DNA of 64,000 bases from positions 3,410,001-3,474,000 of the forward strand of contig CM038998.1 in assembly GCA_017499595.2 (NCBI GenBank). The letters are read 5' to 3'. Shown here one piece after another: positions 1 to 10,447 of the stretch (position 1 is the stretch's first letter; every line of letters begins with the position of its first letter). The position numbers and the translations under genes were made by a program. Under the pieces are notes generated by a model. The model saw nothing but the letters and a program-made list of their open reading frames with translations, did no database searches and was not told where the DNA came from. The stretch is from Psilocybe cubensis (taxonomy: Eukaryota).

Positions 1-2320
1 AGTGGAAAAAGGAGCCATCTAAAAGGTTGTCTTATATACTTATTTCTTGGTAAACGAACGGAGCAGCAAGAGTTCCTCGAGCTCCACCAATCCCGTCACG
101 GAGAGGTGGAAATCGTTCATTTATCCAATGACGTCGGCCGACGCAAAATCTTAATCATCACGTGATGAGACGCGTCTCTGCTGTGGCTTGCAGACTTGCA
201 GACCAGTTGACTTGTTCTCCACTCCCAACTTCTCGGCGCTTCTCCTGTTTCCTGTCTGAGAGTCTTGTTTATTCTCCACATATTTGCTGGTTATTTCTGT
301 TCATTTTATACTTAAATATTCTTCCTCACAAAGCTGGGGCACACATTGGCAGTCGCTTTGTATAGTATGGCTGGGTTTGAACTGTCCGTCACCCTCCACG
401 CCATCGGGCCATACATATCTTAGTACAGTGGATCATATGCCCACTACTAGCTATGTATATCATGACTGAGGGTGTATCTTTGCTGCATTTTGCCATCGAA
501 CCGTCACATCGAACTGTTCTATCCTCGATCACAGGACGCATCGTGAATTCTACTTCGGTCATTTCATCACCTAACAGGCTTGGAAGGTGGAATAGTGCCA
601 TGTTAAGTGCAGGTTATTTTCACCCTCTTTGCTGAAGTTAAGGGGTATATATATATTTCGTTGTGGTTAGTACATGCAGGTCCTAAGACCTCTTCGTATC
701 TCCCACCGTATACCAATGCAGCGATCCTGATTCAGTAGTTAATGAACATATCATGACTGTGGCTCCGAATGACGATATGTGGTGCATTTCTACTCGTTGA
801 TGTCACTCTCCTGTAGCATTTTTGTGTCAAAAAAATCTCCAGTGACATATGCTGCATCGTGTACGGAGAAGGTCTACCTTTTGAGTAGCTAGAAAAAATA
901 TCTCCAACCAGCATCGTTGGTTATCACCAATAGTTCATGCCTAGGCACCTGTCAGTTTTATTAATAATGGTATCTAATTTTTACTCTTACGGATATCTAT
1001 CTATTCGGCGGTGTGATCGAGTCAAGAGGCGGTGACTCCTGAACCAAAGGAGGAAGGTCAAACAACGATATGTCGACACTGAGAAGCCAATGTATCATCT
1101 CATGGTTATTTTCTGGAAGGACCTGATGGGAGAGTGAACAGTAAGGACAGTAAAGCTCATCTCGGCGTCATCGTGCAAGATTGGACTTTCTTTTTTCAAA
1201 ATTCATACCAGTGAAAAGTAAGTAGAAGCATACAGCCACGTATTTCTATGTGTATACGTTTCAAGAGCTAGGTGTTATGCCGTTATCTATGCACCCAGAT
1301 GGACTTGATCACGGCATATTTTCCTTCAGCGAGTTTTCTGAGGCTCGTCGACCGTCAGATTATCCGAGTCAGTGAGTCCATCATGGTTTAGACTACTTGT
1401 ATGATATATAATATAACAGAAGATATTTAATCCTGGGAGACCAAATTTATATGTGATTAGAACTCCAGATCCCAGACTGCGAAGGTAATTAGTCACTACT
1501 TCCAATAAAAGCAGGCGTCCTTCCTTATTTGGTAGTATTATGTTTCTGGAATTTCGAAGTATTCGAAGATTTATGTAAACACGAAGTTGTACGTGCAAAC
1601 TTACAACTACCAGTCTCATCATTGGCAAGCCAATGTGAGTTGCTGGAGGTGTAGAGACTGGATTTGGTACAGACGATACAGAGCAAGGAAAACAACTTGG
1701 GTATGTACGAGTCAAAAGATGTGCCATATCTGCGAACGAAAGAGCGAGCAGTGGCTCGCAAAGAAGCACCCCAGAAAAGAAGTGGCCCAGAAGCAGATAG
1801 ATATTACTGGAACGTCCAGGTGCATAAAAACTATTAAATACGCAAAAACCATAGAATATAAGCCCGTGTGGTCGTCAAGATGTGGGTCTGGATGATGTGG
1901 AATGTGGGGATATGAATGGCAGGGTTGCTTGGATAATTTGCGCTACATGATAGTGATGTTGGATGGATGGATGGGGAAGTGGGATGTATGGAAATGCAAA
2001 ACAGGAGAAAGATGTTGCAGACGAGAACTAAATATGTTTCAAAGGGAATAAGCTAGGATAAAAAGGGGGAGCTGGAACAAAGAAGAACAGAGATGGGTGA
2101 TATTGTCCGAGATCAAAACGTCGTCGCAGATGATTTTCGTAAAGGATAAAGATTTTTGCATCAAAATATGAAAGAAACCAAGGAAATATGCGTGGGTCGA
2201 GTTCGTAGCAACGGCATTCGACGATAAAAATTCGTCTTCCAGAAGTCGTTTGCAGGCAGTCGTGTTGTCGTGTCGCAGTCGGAATAAAAAAGTGAGGGAA
2301 ACGTCCAAGTGTGCCTGTGT

Positions 2321-3265
2321 TTAAGCACGGACAGAGCGCCAGCTGCTGGAGTGAGTCATGGCGGCGTGGTTCGCAGACAGGAACTTGGACTTGTTTGCGG
2401 CCTTGGGGCCACCTCCGAGCATGACACCGCCAGTAAGAACGGTAGTCTTACCCCCATCGTATGGAGTGACCTCGGTCTTGGTTGTGTCGACAAAGACGCG
2501 AGCTTGACGAGCCCTCTCGCGACGAGAAGGTTTGAATTCGCTACTCTTGGAAGAGGTCACGGAGGTGCGAGAGGAGACGCTGTCGGAAGTGAAGGAAAAG
2601 CCGGAAGAGCTCGAGTTAGAGGAGCGAGAGCTGCAGCGAGACTGTTCGGAGATGCTTGAAAGGGGAGAGGTGGATCGCGCAGGCCTGGGGAATTGAGTAA
2701 TGATTGGGGTCACCCAGGTAGGTGCACTGATTTCGTCAGCAAGCATAGTGAAAATCTTGTCTTCCTCCTCGAAATCGTCTTCCAAGACTTGTTGAGCAAA
2801 AGTTTTGCGAGGAGCAACGATAGGGCGAAGAGATGCCTTGATCATTGGCTCGCTGAAGACTGGGGCCGAGATGGGTGCAACTTGTTCGATCTTCTCGTCG
2901 GACCAGACATTGACAATCTTATTCTGGCAGCGAATAGCAACACATCCCGGGTCGACGAAGAGGTCAAACTCTGTGTTGCCGAGGAGAGCGATCCAATCGA
3001 ACCACTGAACATTAGTGGCGGCACAGGCGGACCAAACGGGCCGAGGGGGCAAGCAGGTAGGAGAGAGGGTCATGCAGCGACGGCCCGAGCCACGAATAGG
3101 GTCTGTGGGAATCCACGAAGGGGCGTAGTGTGCGGTGAGGTTGGCCTCGAGCACCATTTGGAGTTTAAGGAGAGTGGAGGGTGCATACGAACCAGCCAGC
3201 TTTGCGGTGAGGAAAGTGACGGTGTGGGCGACAGCAACGGAAAGAGACTCGGAAGTAGATGCCAT
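2321..3265 (-). CDS. BTG/Tob (APRO) domain-containing protein, 314 aa, single coding exon
   Basis: ATG at 3265 (MASTSESL...). HYAPSWIPTDPIRGSGRRCMTL resembles BTG Box A and EFDLFVDPGCVAIR resembles Box B. Ser-rich linker follows. Two putative 5'UTR introns and a TATA-like TTATAA lie upstream at ~3586-3591. Confidence 0.75.
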   Translation of the reverse strand: MASTSESLSVAVAHTVTFLTAKLAGSYAPSTLLKLQMVLEANLTAHYAPSWIPTDPIRGSGRRCMTLSPTCLPPRPVWSACAATNVQWFDWIALLGNTEFDLFVDPGCVAIRCQNKIVNVWSDEKIEQVAPISAPVFSEPMIKASLRPIVAPRKTFAQQVLEDDFEEEDKIFTMLADEISAPTWVTPIITQFPRPARSTSPLSSISEQSRCSSRSSNSSSSGFSFTSDSVSSRTSVTSSKSSEFKPSRRERARQARVFVDTTKTEVTPYDGGKTTVLTGGVMLGGGPKAANKSKFLSANHAAMTHSSSWRSVRA

Positions 3266-4148
3266 TGGTGAGACGTCAGGGAAAGGGTATCGTCCGGCGA
3301 TAAAAGAGCGTATAACGAAAATGGAGAGGGAGCTGGTTGAGATGAGCTTCTGCGAGAGTGGGTGCAGGAAGAAAAGTATGTAGCACAAGAGAATGTGAGA
3401 TCTAGAAAATTAGCGCGAAAATGAGACGGGCGTTTATATTGAGCCGCGACTCGGAAGACTTACGGGCTAAAGAAATGAATCAGCGGAAGCAATGCAGACT
3501 GAATTTGAATGGACACTAACCTGGTCTAAGAGAGAGGAGAGAAAGGAAACCTGGTCCTGATCACTATTGCCCATCCTAACCTCTCTTATAAGGCGAGGCT
3601 AAAAACAAAGGACAATTACACACACGTGGCCACGCTTTCCTTTTGTTGGATACAATAAGCCTCTTGACTCTCTAGCCCCGACTCTCACAGCGCAAGGCGA
3701 CCTTGTATTCCTTGCCAGCTTCTGGACATCCCGACAGTACCTTGTATTCCCATCAGTCTTATTGTCAATTACATTGCATCACGTACTGCTGAAGCCCTTT
3801 TGTTGAATCCTTTCTTCTTCGATTTCTGATATTGATCGATGCTCCCTGAACCGGTTTGAGTTATCATTAAGCCGACGGTCATTCTAAAAAATACGCCAAG
3901 CGCGCCCACAGTTGCGGATCGCAGCCAGAAGTAAGACCAGTTTGCAGACCTGCAAGCCAGATCGCTGCTCTGCTCGCTCAAGTACCTACAAGATCAGTTT
4001 ACAGACTTGAGGGGACGACGACACGCCAAATACATGTGTCAAGAGATCACCATTCTCCAGTGTTACCGCGCTGTTTTCTGACACGGAGTTACTCCAATAC
4101 GGAGCCGTCGCTCACTAGCTCCATGTTCTTTGCAAGAAATGCGGGGTG

Positions 4149-4156
4149 CAGTCACA
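4149..4156 (+). promoter_or_regulatory. Homol-D box (CAGTCACA) upstream of ribosomal protein gene
   Basis: Exact CAGTCACA ~200 nt upstream of the RPS27 ATG. The motif is known from fungal ribosomal protein promoters. Confidence 0.45.
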
Positions 4157-4353
4157 CCAAGTCATCTGCCGGTGCCGGTGTCGGAGAATGAATATTCAAA
4201 TACCGCGGAAGAAACGCAAACCTTGTTTGCACTATACACACAACTTGCCGCCCGCCCTCGTAGCTCACAGCGTCAAGCCAACAAAAACAAAAAGAGGCCT
4301 CCTGCCCTTCCACATCACTTTCGAAAAGCAGATTTTTAGGACTCCGTATCACA

Positions 4354-4822
4354 ATGGTGTGTATCAACCTATGATCCACAAGACAAGCCATGCTGACCGA
4401 GTGAAAAAAAGACTCTCGCCGTCGATCTCCTCCACCCCTCCGCTGAACACGAGGCCAAGCAGCACAAGCTCAAGCGTCTTGTACAGTCCCCCAACTCGTA
4501 CTTCATGGACGTCAAATGTCCTGGTGAGTGCTTTCACCTCTAGCCCCCTTATCCAACCCCACGTCTCGATCAAATTCATATATTGAACCCCAAATACTCA
4601 TGGTATCCTCGTTTCTGTTCAGGCTGCTTCGCCATCACCACCGTCTTCTCGCATGCCCAGACCGTTGTTGTCTGCCCCTCTTGCACGAGCGTCTTGTGCC
4701 AGCCCACTGGTGGAAGGGCCAGGTTGACTGAGGGTGCGTTCCTCATCGCAGCCATCTCTTGCTTTAAATCGTCTAACCTGACAATTTCCGTTCCAGGCTG
4801 CTCATTCCGTAGAAAGAACTAG
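4354..4822 (+). CDS. RPS27: 40S ribosomal protein S27 (eS27)
   Basis: Exons 4354-4356, 4412-4523, 4623-4733, 4797-4822 give [83 protein letters not shown]. Confidence 0.98.
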
Positions 4823-5430
4823 GTCACAGATCCCACCTTGTCTTACCTACCTACGTATATATGTCTGCTTTCCACCTCAATTTCCTCACCCAGCGCATTC
4901 ATTCACGCCCGACGCCCAATATCACTTCAACTCGCACTAGCTATGTAAATCGCTTTTAGGTCCACCACCTTTGTCTTGCATTTCAAGCTTTCTTTGATAG
5001 GTTTTGATCCCTCTTCCATCTTTCCCCACACACTCATCATAATCTGGATGACCTAGGATTAATAAAAATTAATCTTTTGGGATGGATGATGACTTTTCTT
5101 CCTCCTCGTGTAACAAGATTAAGAAGATATATTTTATCTTGAGCTTTATCTGGCTTCCCTCATTGCGCAACCACGTAATTGTTGAGACATCCGATGGTAC
5201 TCTGTCTTCTCTCCTGTCGCGTGACTTTCAGCTGGGAAAGTATCATTGGCATTACATTATTGAAAGCCAACAAATAATCCTAATCCACGGTTTACATCTG
5301 CATTATGTGTATAATGTAATACGGTACAGGATCAAAATATCCTTGCAGGTTATGGCCAAATCGTTTATACTTCTGTATTCAGTCTTTCATTAGGATCGCG
5401 ATATTCCGGCAAGTTGCGTAAAGCTTTCCA

Positions 5431-5706
5431 ATGCTAATTGCACCATTAGCCGAATCTCTTCTCAAGTTCTTGTTTCCCATATATCGAACAAAAGGCTTTT
5501 GGGAGGAAACTTCTGATGCCGAAAGGACGCCTATTATTACCCCAAATATTTCCGATGCCTTCATGGTATGCTTTGTCCTCGATTATGGATTTCACTGCCG
5601 CCGCGGTCTTATTCTAACAGCGGCATAGTATAAGAATATTGCGAGAACAACATCCACCGTGGACTCTTTCAGATCGTTGTTTGGATCTATCATTCGAGGA
5701 ATCTGA
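5431..5706 (+). CDS. putative small orphan protein (~70 aa, 2 exons)
   Basis: ATG at 5431, canonical intron 5566-5628 (GTATGC...CTAAC...TAG), stop at 5704-5706. No recognisable homology. Confidence 0.2.
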
Positions 5707-6639
5707 ATTTTACAGCTTCTACTTGCACCCAGTCAGTTAGGAGCTCGAAGAAAGTCTTCCTCTGGGTGTGATTACGACACAATCCTGTTGAACCTGAATA
5801 CACACGGGGTCAGAAAGTTGACTCAGCATTGCATCGCATTTCAGACAGAGAAGCAGTCGCGTATGTCATTCTTTATTGTCTTTCCATTATCACCAGCATT
5901 TTGTATAGCCGTTCCTAGGGACCTCGACGTCTGGGATCCTTCGAGTTGACTTACGCGAGCGCGTACGGTTGCCATCGATGATCGCACTTCGAAGTGCTAT
6001 TTTTGTTAATTGCGGTCGCATTCCCTGGCCAATTATGCAACCACCTGGGGTCTTTCACCGACTTACGACCCGAACTTTGAATCGGTGACTTGATATAACA
6101 ATGTCTGACAATTGTCTGGCATTATTCTTGATTGTAGTATATTTCTTTTAGAAATCCATTGTCACCGCTTTTCATGATGTCTTCAGATGTATACAACTAA
6201 TATGCTTTCTATCTCGTGTATTCACATATTTCAGCAACCCTGGAAAATCGGAAATGCAGAAAATGGAGTTCTACGGCATTGGCATTAACATCGAAAATTG
6301 AAATGATGCTTCGGTTCAGAATGTGGGCTGGGATATGTAACAGACAATAACCAAAGCCGCATACAACATACCGCATCAAAAGGTGTGTGTTCGGATATTA
6401 AATCTACGACATCACAAAAAATGGCGACTCGCCACCGCCATGGGGTCAGGTAGATCTAAAATATTTATCATTATATAGATCTTACTAGCAAAACGAGCTC
6501 TAATACCGATGACATAAGTAGGTGGATGAGAATTAAACAATTATGTGCATAGTCCAGAAATTAAATGAATAGTATCATAGCTCGTACTACATCTAGAGAG
6601 CAAATCCAGCAGTTAGCATTCGCCTATATTCAATCGATT

Positions 6640-8175
6640 CTATAGTTTTGATTGAGGTATGTCTTCGGCGGGACCTCTAATGTTAGCACGGACAACGCCT
6701 TCTTGTGTCATTACTGCTACCAGCGTTCCATCACGAGTGAACATCTGTAATCAAATGTCAGTCATATTCCTAGTGGACTGGGTAAGAAGAGTCGGAATAG
6801 CATGGAAACCCACCCTTCCGTGAACAATTGCACGTCCTGAACCGCCACGAGGGCAGTCTATCTATTAAAATAATCAGAATCATACCCAAGAGGAGATTTA
6901 GACAAGTTTGAACCAACTTCGTATAGAAGCCAATCTCCGGCGTCGAAGTCATTGCTGGAGGGAACGTGATAAATGGATAATACTCGTCGAGCCAGAGGGG
7001 TATACGTACTTGTAAAACCAAATTGCGTGGTCAAGAGTAGACTGGAGTATATATGATCTAGGTTACTCAAGTGGCCCAGTACAGAACATCACAGAGGCTT
7101 ACATTCATGCTCAAGGAATCTGGGCCTTTCCCTCCTCGCTTTAATCTCATAATTCTGCCAGCAGTTGAGATGCTGTTGAAATGTAATATCAGCGTCGAAT
7201 TTGCAATGTCTCGTGAATTATCTTACAAATGCAAGTCTGATTCATAGGCGAGAATACACTATTCATTCATTCAGTTGACTATATCAAAGGTTAGTTGGAT
7301 ATACGCACCTTTTGGAACGGTGCTTCATATCGGGGTATATCTCTTGCTTTCATCCAATACACATAGCGCTCAATGCCGTCTGAGCTAACATAAGGCCCTT
7401 TAGCTGATTTAATTGCTATTGGACTTCGAGCACGCTCCTAAATAATGTGAGCGTCCCATCAAGATTATAATAGAAGCAGGGAAACCCACTTGAAGCCGAT
7501 CCTGGAAAAACTTGACTACATTCGGCGACGAATTGGGATCCTGGATGACGCGGGCATAGTTAACTTCTTCGTCAGGGCATTCCTCTGGAGGTGGAACAAT
7601 AGGCATTTTCCATTGGTGAACTGGTTGCCATGGCTCAGGTTTTTGGAACGAGCACACCATGATGAAAATGATGCGTCCGTTTTGGATTGCTTTCACAGAA
7701 CGAGTAACGTAGGATCTGCCATCGCGCACCCGTTCCACACTGTATACGATAGGGGTTGAAGGGGATGCACTCATTAAGAAATAACACTATATTGATCAGC
7801 ACTTTTCTTTATACCGTAAAAAGTTGAAAATAATACATACATGCAATGACTGTTAAAGGTGCAGTAACATATTAATTCCAGAAAAATCCGTAGTTTAGAT
7901 ATGATGCATACGTGTAGTGCAAACGCTGGGTCAACACAATTCGTAGCCGACACTAAACCCTGGCTAATGACTTGTCTGAATGCCGGTCCCAGTCAACAAC
8001 GATGTTGAAACGATAGGAAACAACAACGGCACTAAAAGACTCACCCACCAAACGCACCACGAGCAAGCAAAGGTAACCATAAAGACTTCGAACGAAAGAG
8101 GTTTACTTCAATTTGCTCTACTTCGAGTGAGGTAGAGATTTGCTCATGCTCGACTTGGTTCAATCCACCGTCCAT
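6640..8175 (-). CDS. TES1: peroxisomal acyl-CoA thioesterase II (Tes1/ACOT8 family)
   Basis: Spliced peptides RGAFGGQVISQ, HSLHCYF (9-nt microexon 7841-7849), VERVRDGRSYVTRSV, STLDHAIWFY, GTLVAVMTQEGVVR. The C-terminus is QSKL* (PTS1). Confidence 0.93.
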
Positions 8176-8941
8176 CACGGGTATAATGAGAGAAAAGAGG
8201 GTGAAGATGATAATCAAGGGTTAACAATCTTCGTCGTCAACAAGCGTTTTTGAGATTGAAGTGCTTTACTGCTTGTGATATCCCTTTGCCAATGATGCTG
8301 TCTTGAATGCGGGAGTAATATAGTGACTACCCAGTCGGCATCCGGCAATACTTAACTCCGAGTACCGTTAGCTAAACTACTTGGTCTTACCTGCAGTGAA
8401 CCCTCCGAGGGCCGACAGTCTTCAAACAACCTTCAGAGCATTCAAAGTTTATTGCGATATAGTTCAATCTTATCTCACTTTGATAATGAGGAGGAAAATG
8501 GTTTTCACAGAACAGAAGTTTGAATGTAGAGGCTTATAGTCCGTTCGATTATGTTGAAGCCCAGGCTCTAATACTACCATTATCCTCTCCAATTGCTCTG
8601 GAGAAAATATAACGTGGAAAGCTATACACCCCACTATTGAGATTTAGTGTAACAGAAATCTTAAGTATAAGGAACAGCGGGTAAATCGATTTTCGGACTT
8701 AGTACTTGTTGCGTGGCTTGCCTGGCTTGCCTGAGGGAGAAGGCGTCTAACGAAGTTAAGTCCTGAAGGGAGAACTTAAGGCAGTTGGGTGCCTTTGATC
8801 GTTGCCACACAAGTGTCCTGGCGTTATTATAAAATAACGAGAAAGTGTATGAGGTTTATCTATGGTAATGAAATATGAATGACTGACCTGAGAAGTGTAT
8901 GCAAGAAGAGAAAACATACTCCATGATGTCCCCAAGAAATA

Positions 8942-10122
8942 TCAAAGCTCTTCAACCTCAATGGTGAAGCCACACTCATGACATACTTGCTCTCCGATGC
9001 CGTCCCGAATGCCCTGCACTTGACTAAAAACATGCTTATGCTCAGCATCTTTTCGCCTCTGCCAAACGCCTTCTTTTGTTCGCTTTCGAAGCTCTTTTAA
9101 GCTCTGTTCAAACTTCTTGTTTTTCTTTTTATTCTTTTCCGCTGTTCGTCTTTCAAACTCGGCATCCAATGCTTCGGGAGATCCCCATTTCTTCCAAGCG
9201 AAGTCTTCAACTTGCCAACGCAGATACAACATCATGTTAGCGTAGGTAGAAGCGTGGGGATTGGCTTTGAGTAGATGTGGCATCAGTTCTTCGTCCTGGA
9301 GTTCAGCTGTATGATATCTAAGTTAGCAGAATTTGATAGGGAGGTTACTGATACCACACATACGATCCGTGAGCAAATAATCCTATAACGCATTTTGATA
9401 AGTATCTAAACTTTTATAAGAGTTTTCAAGGAAAACATACGGCTTTACACTCTGTTTTCGTTAATAGACTGTACTTTTCTGGATATTCGCGTTGACAGGG
9501 CTTACAGACCAGACATTTGAATACTTTCATAAACGTCGGGTCGATGTCCATGGAGTTACATTCTCTGCATTTTGCATTACGGTCAGGATCGAGAAACATG
9601 GCTAGGGAAAGTATCAGAAAGCCAGGACATTGTGAAGATACAGACGACGCACGCATATCCAGATTGTGTACATCTCTTTGCTTCTCTCTTTCCTTTTCCT
9701 TTCTTCGTAGTTCCTCGTCTACTTTCTTGCCATCGTCATCTAACAAGAAGCCTCCCTTGGTATTAACCATTTTTGAGAGATCATATTCGAAATATGTTCC
9801 AAGACGCGAGTCTCGTTGCAGCGGTTTGGAGGATGAGAGGATAGTATCATTTCGCGCTGCAGCTCCGGAGAGCGGTCGCTTGTTGTTAGAATTCAGAGCA
9901 TTGGAAGAAGAGGATTCTTGTTCCCTTTGACGTTGAGCATCTTTGGCTATATATCAGGCAGTGTTTCAGTTTTTCCGATTCAGATATAGCCTGAGTACGT
10001 GCTACAACACCTTTGAGTCGGTTGATTTCAATTTGTTTGATATGTTCGGGCGTTGCCTGAAGGAAAGTCGAATCGAATGTTCGAGGAGGAGGAGTGGATG
10101 GTCTTTGATCATTAGAGGACAT
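8942..10122 (-). CDS. RAD14: nucleotide excision repair protein Rad14/XPA
   Basis: YFEYDLSKMVNTKGGFL, zinc finger CRECNS...CKPC, [54 protein letters not shown], C-terminal CHECGFTIEVEEL. Confidence 0.96.
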
Positions 10123-10199
10123 TTTTCAATTCTATAAGAAGAACGGAAGTTTGCTAGGCGAGAACGATGTAGAAAGGAAAGGAGAGAACTCACTATGAG

Positions 10200-10277
10200 T
10201 CGCGTGCAAGCCTAAGATGATTAATTAGTGACTCAAGTCTCGCGTCGCAGTCACGGGGTCTCCCTCTCAACTCGCGT
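10200..10277 (-). promoter_or_regulatory. three MCB-like ACGCGA elements in the RAD14 promoter
   Basis: TCGCGT on + at 10200, 10240 and 10272, 78-155 nt upstream of the RAD14 ATG. Confidence 0.4.
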
Positions 10278-10447
10278 TGGCTCCACGAAGGCGACAACAC
10301 TCAGTTGGAAAACAAGGCATACGAGGCCATAATATTCAACTTCCATATTCAAATCGCTTCAAATCCCAGATGTTAAATGTACACTATTAAATAAAAGATA
10401 CAATGATATAGCAATTACAATTCACAACCAAGAACAGCTCATACACG

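Noticed and set aside
162-259. Possible C/D snoRNA (GTGATGA ... CTGA, ~98 nt)
   Set aside because: No terminal stem and no guide I can match to rRNA. The C-box-like sequence is part of a DNA palindrome in promoter-like context.
1326-1769. 147-aa minus-strand ORF with an intron-like GTAAGT...CAG (1604-1546)
   Set aside because: GTG start, no recognisable motifs, and splicing would truncate it to ~47 aa. At most a non-coding or orphan transcript.
2693-3271. 192-aa plus-strand ORF
   Set aside because: Antisense shadow of the BTG-like CDS.
4524-4622. 99-nt RPS27 intron as a snoRNA host
   Set aside because: No C/D boxes or H/ACA two-hairpin layout visible.
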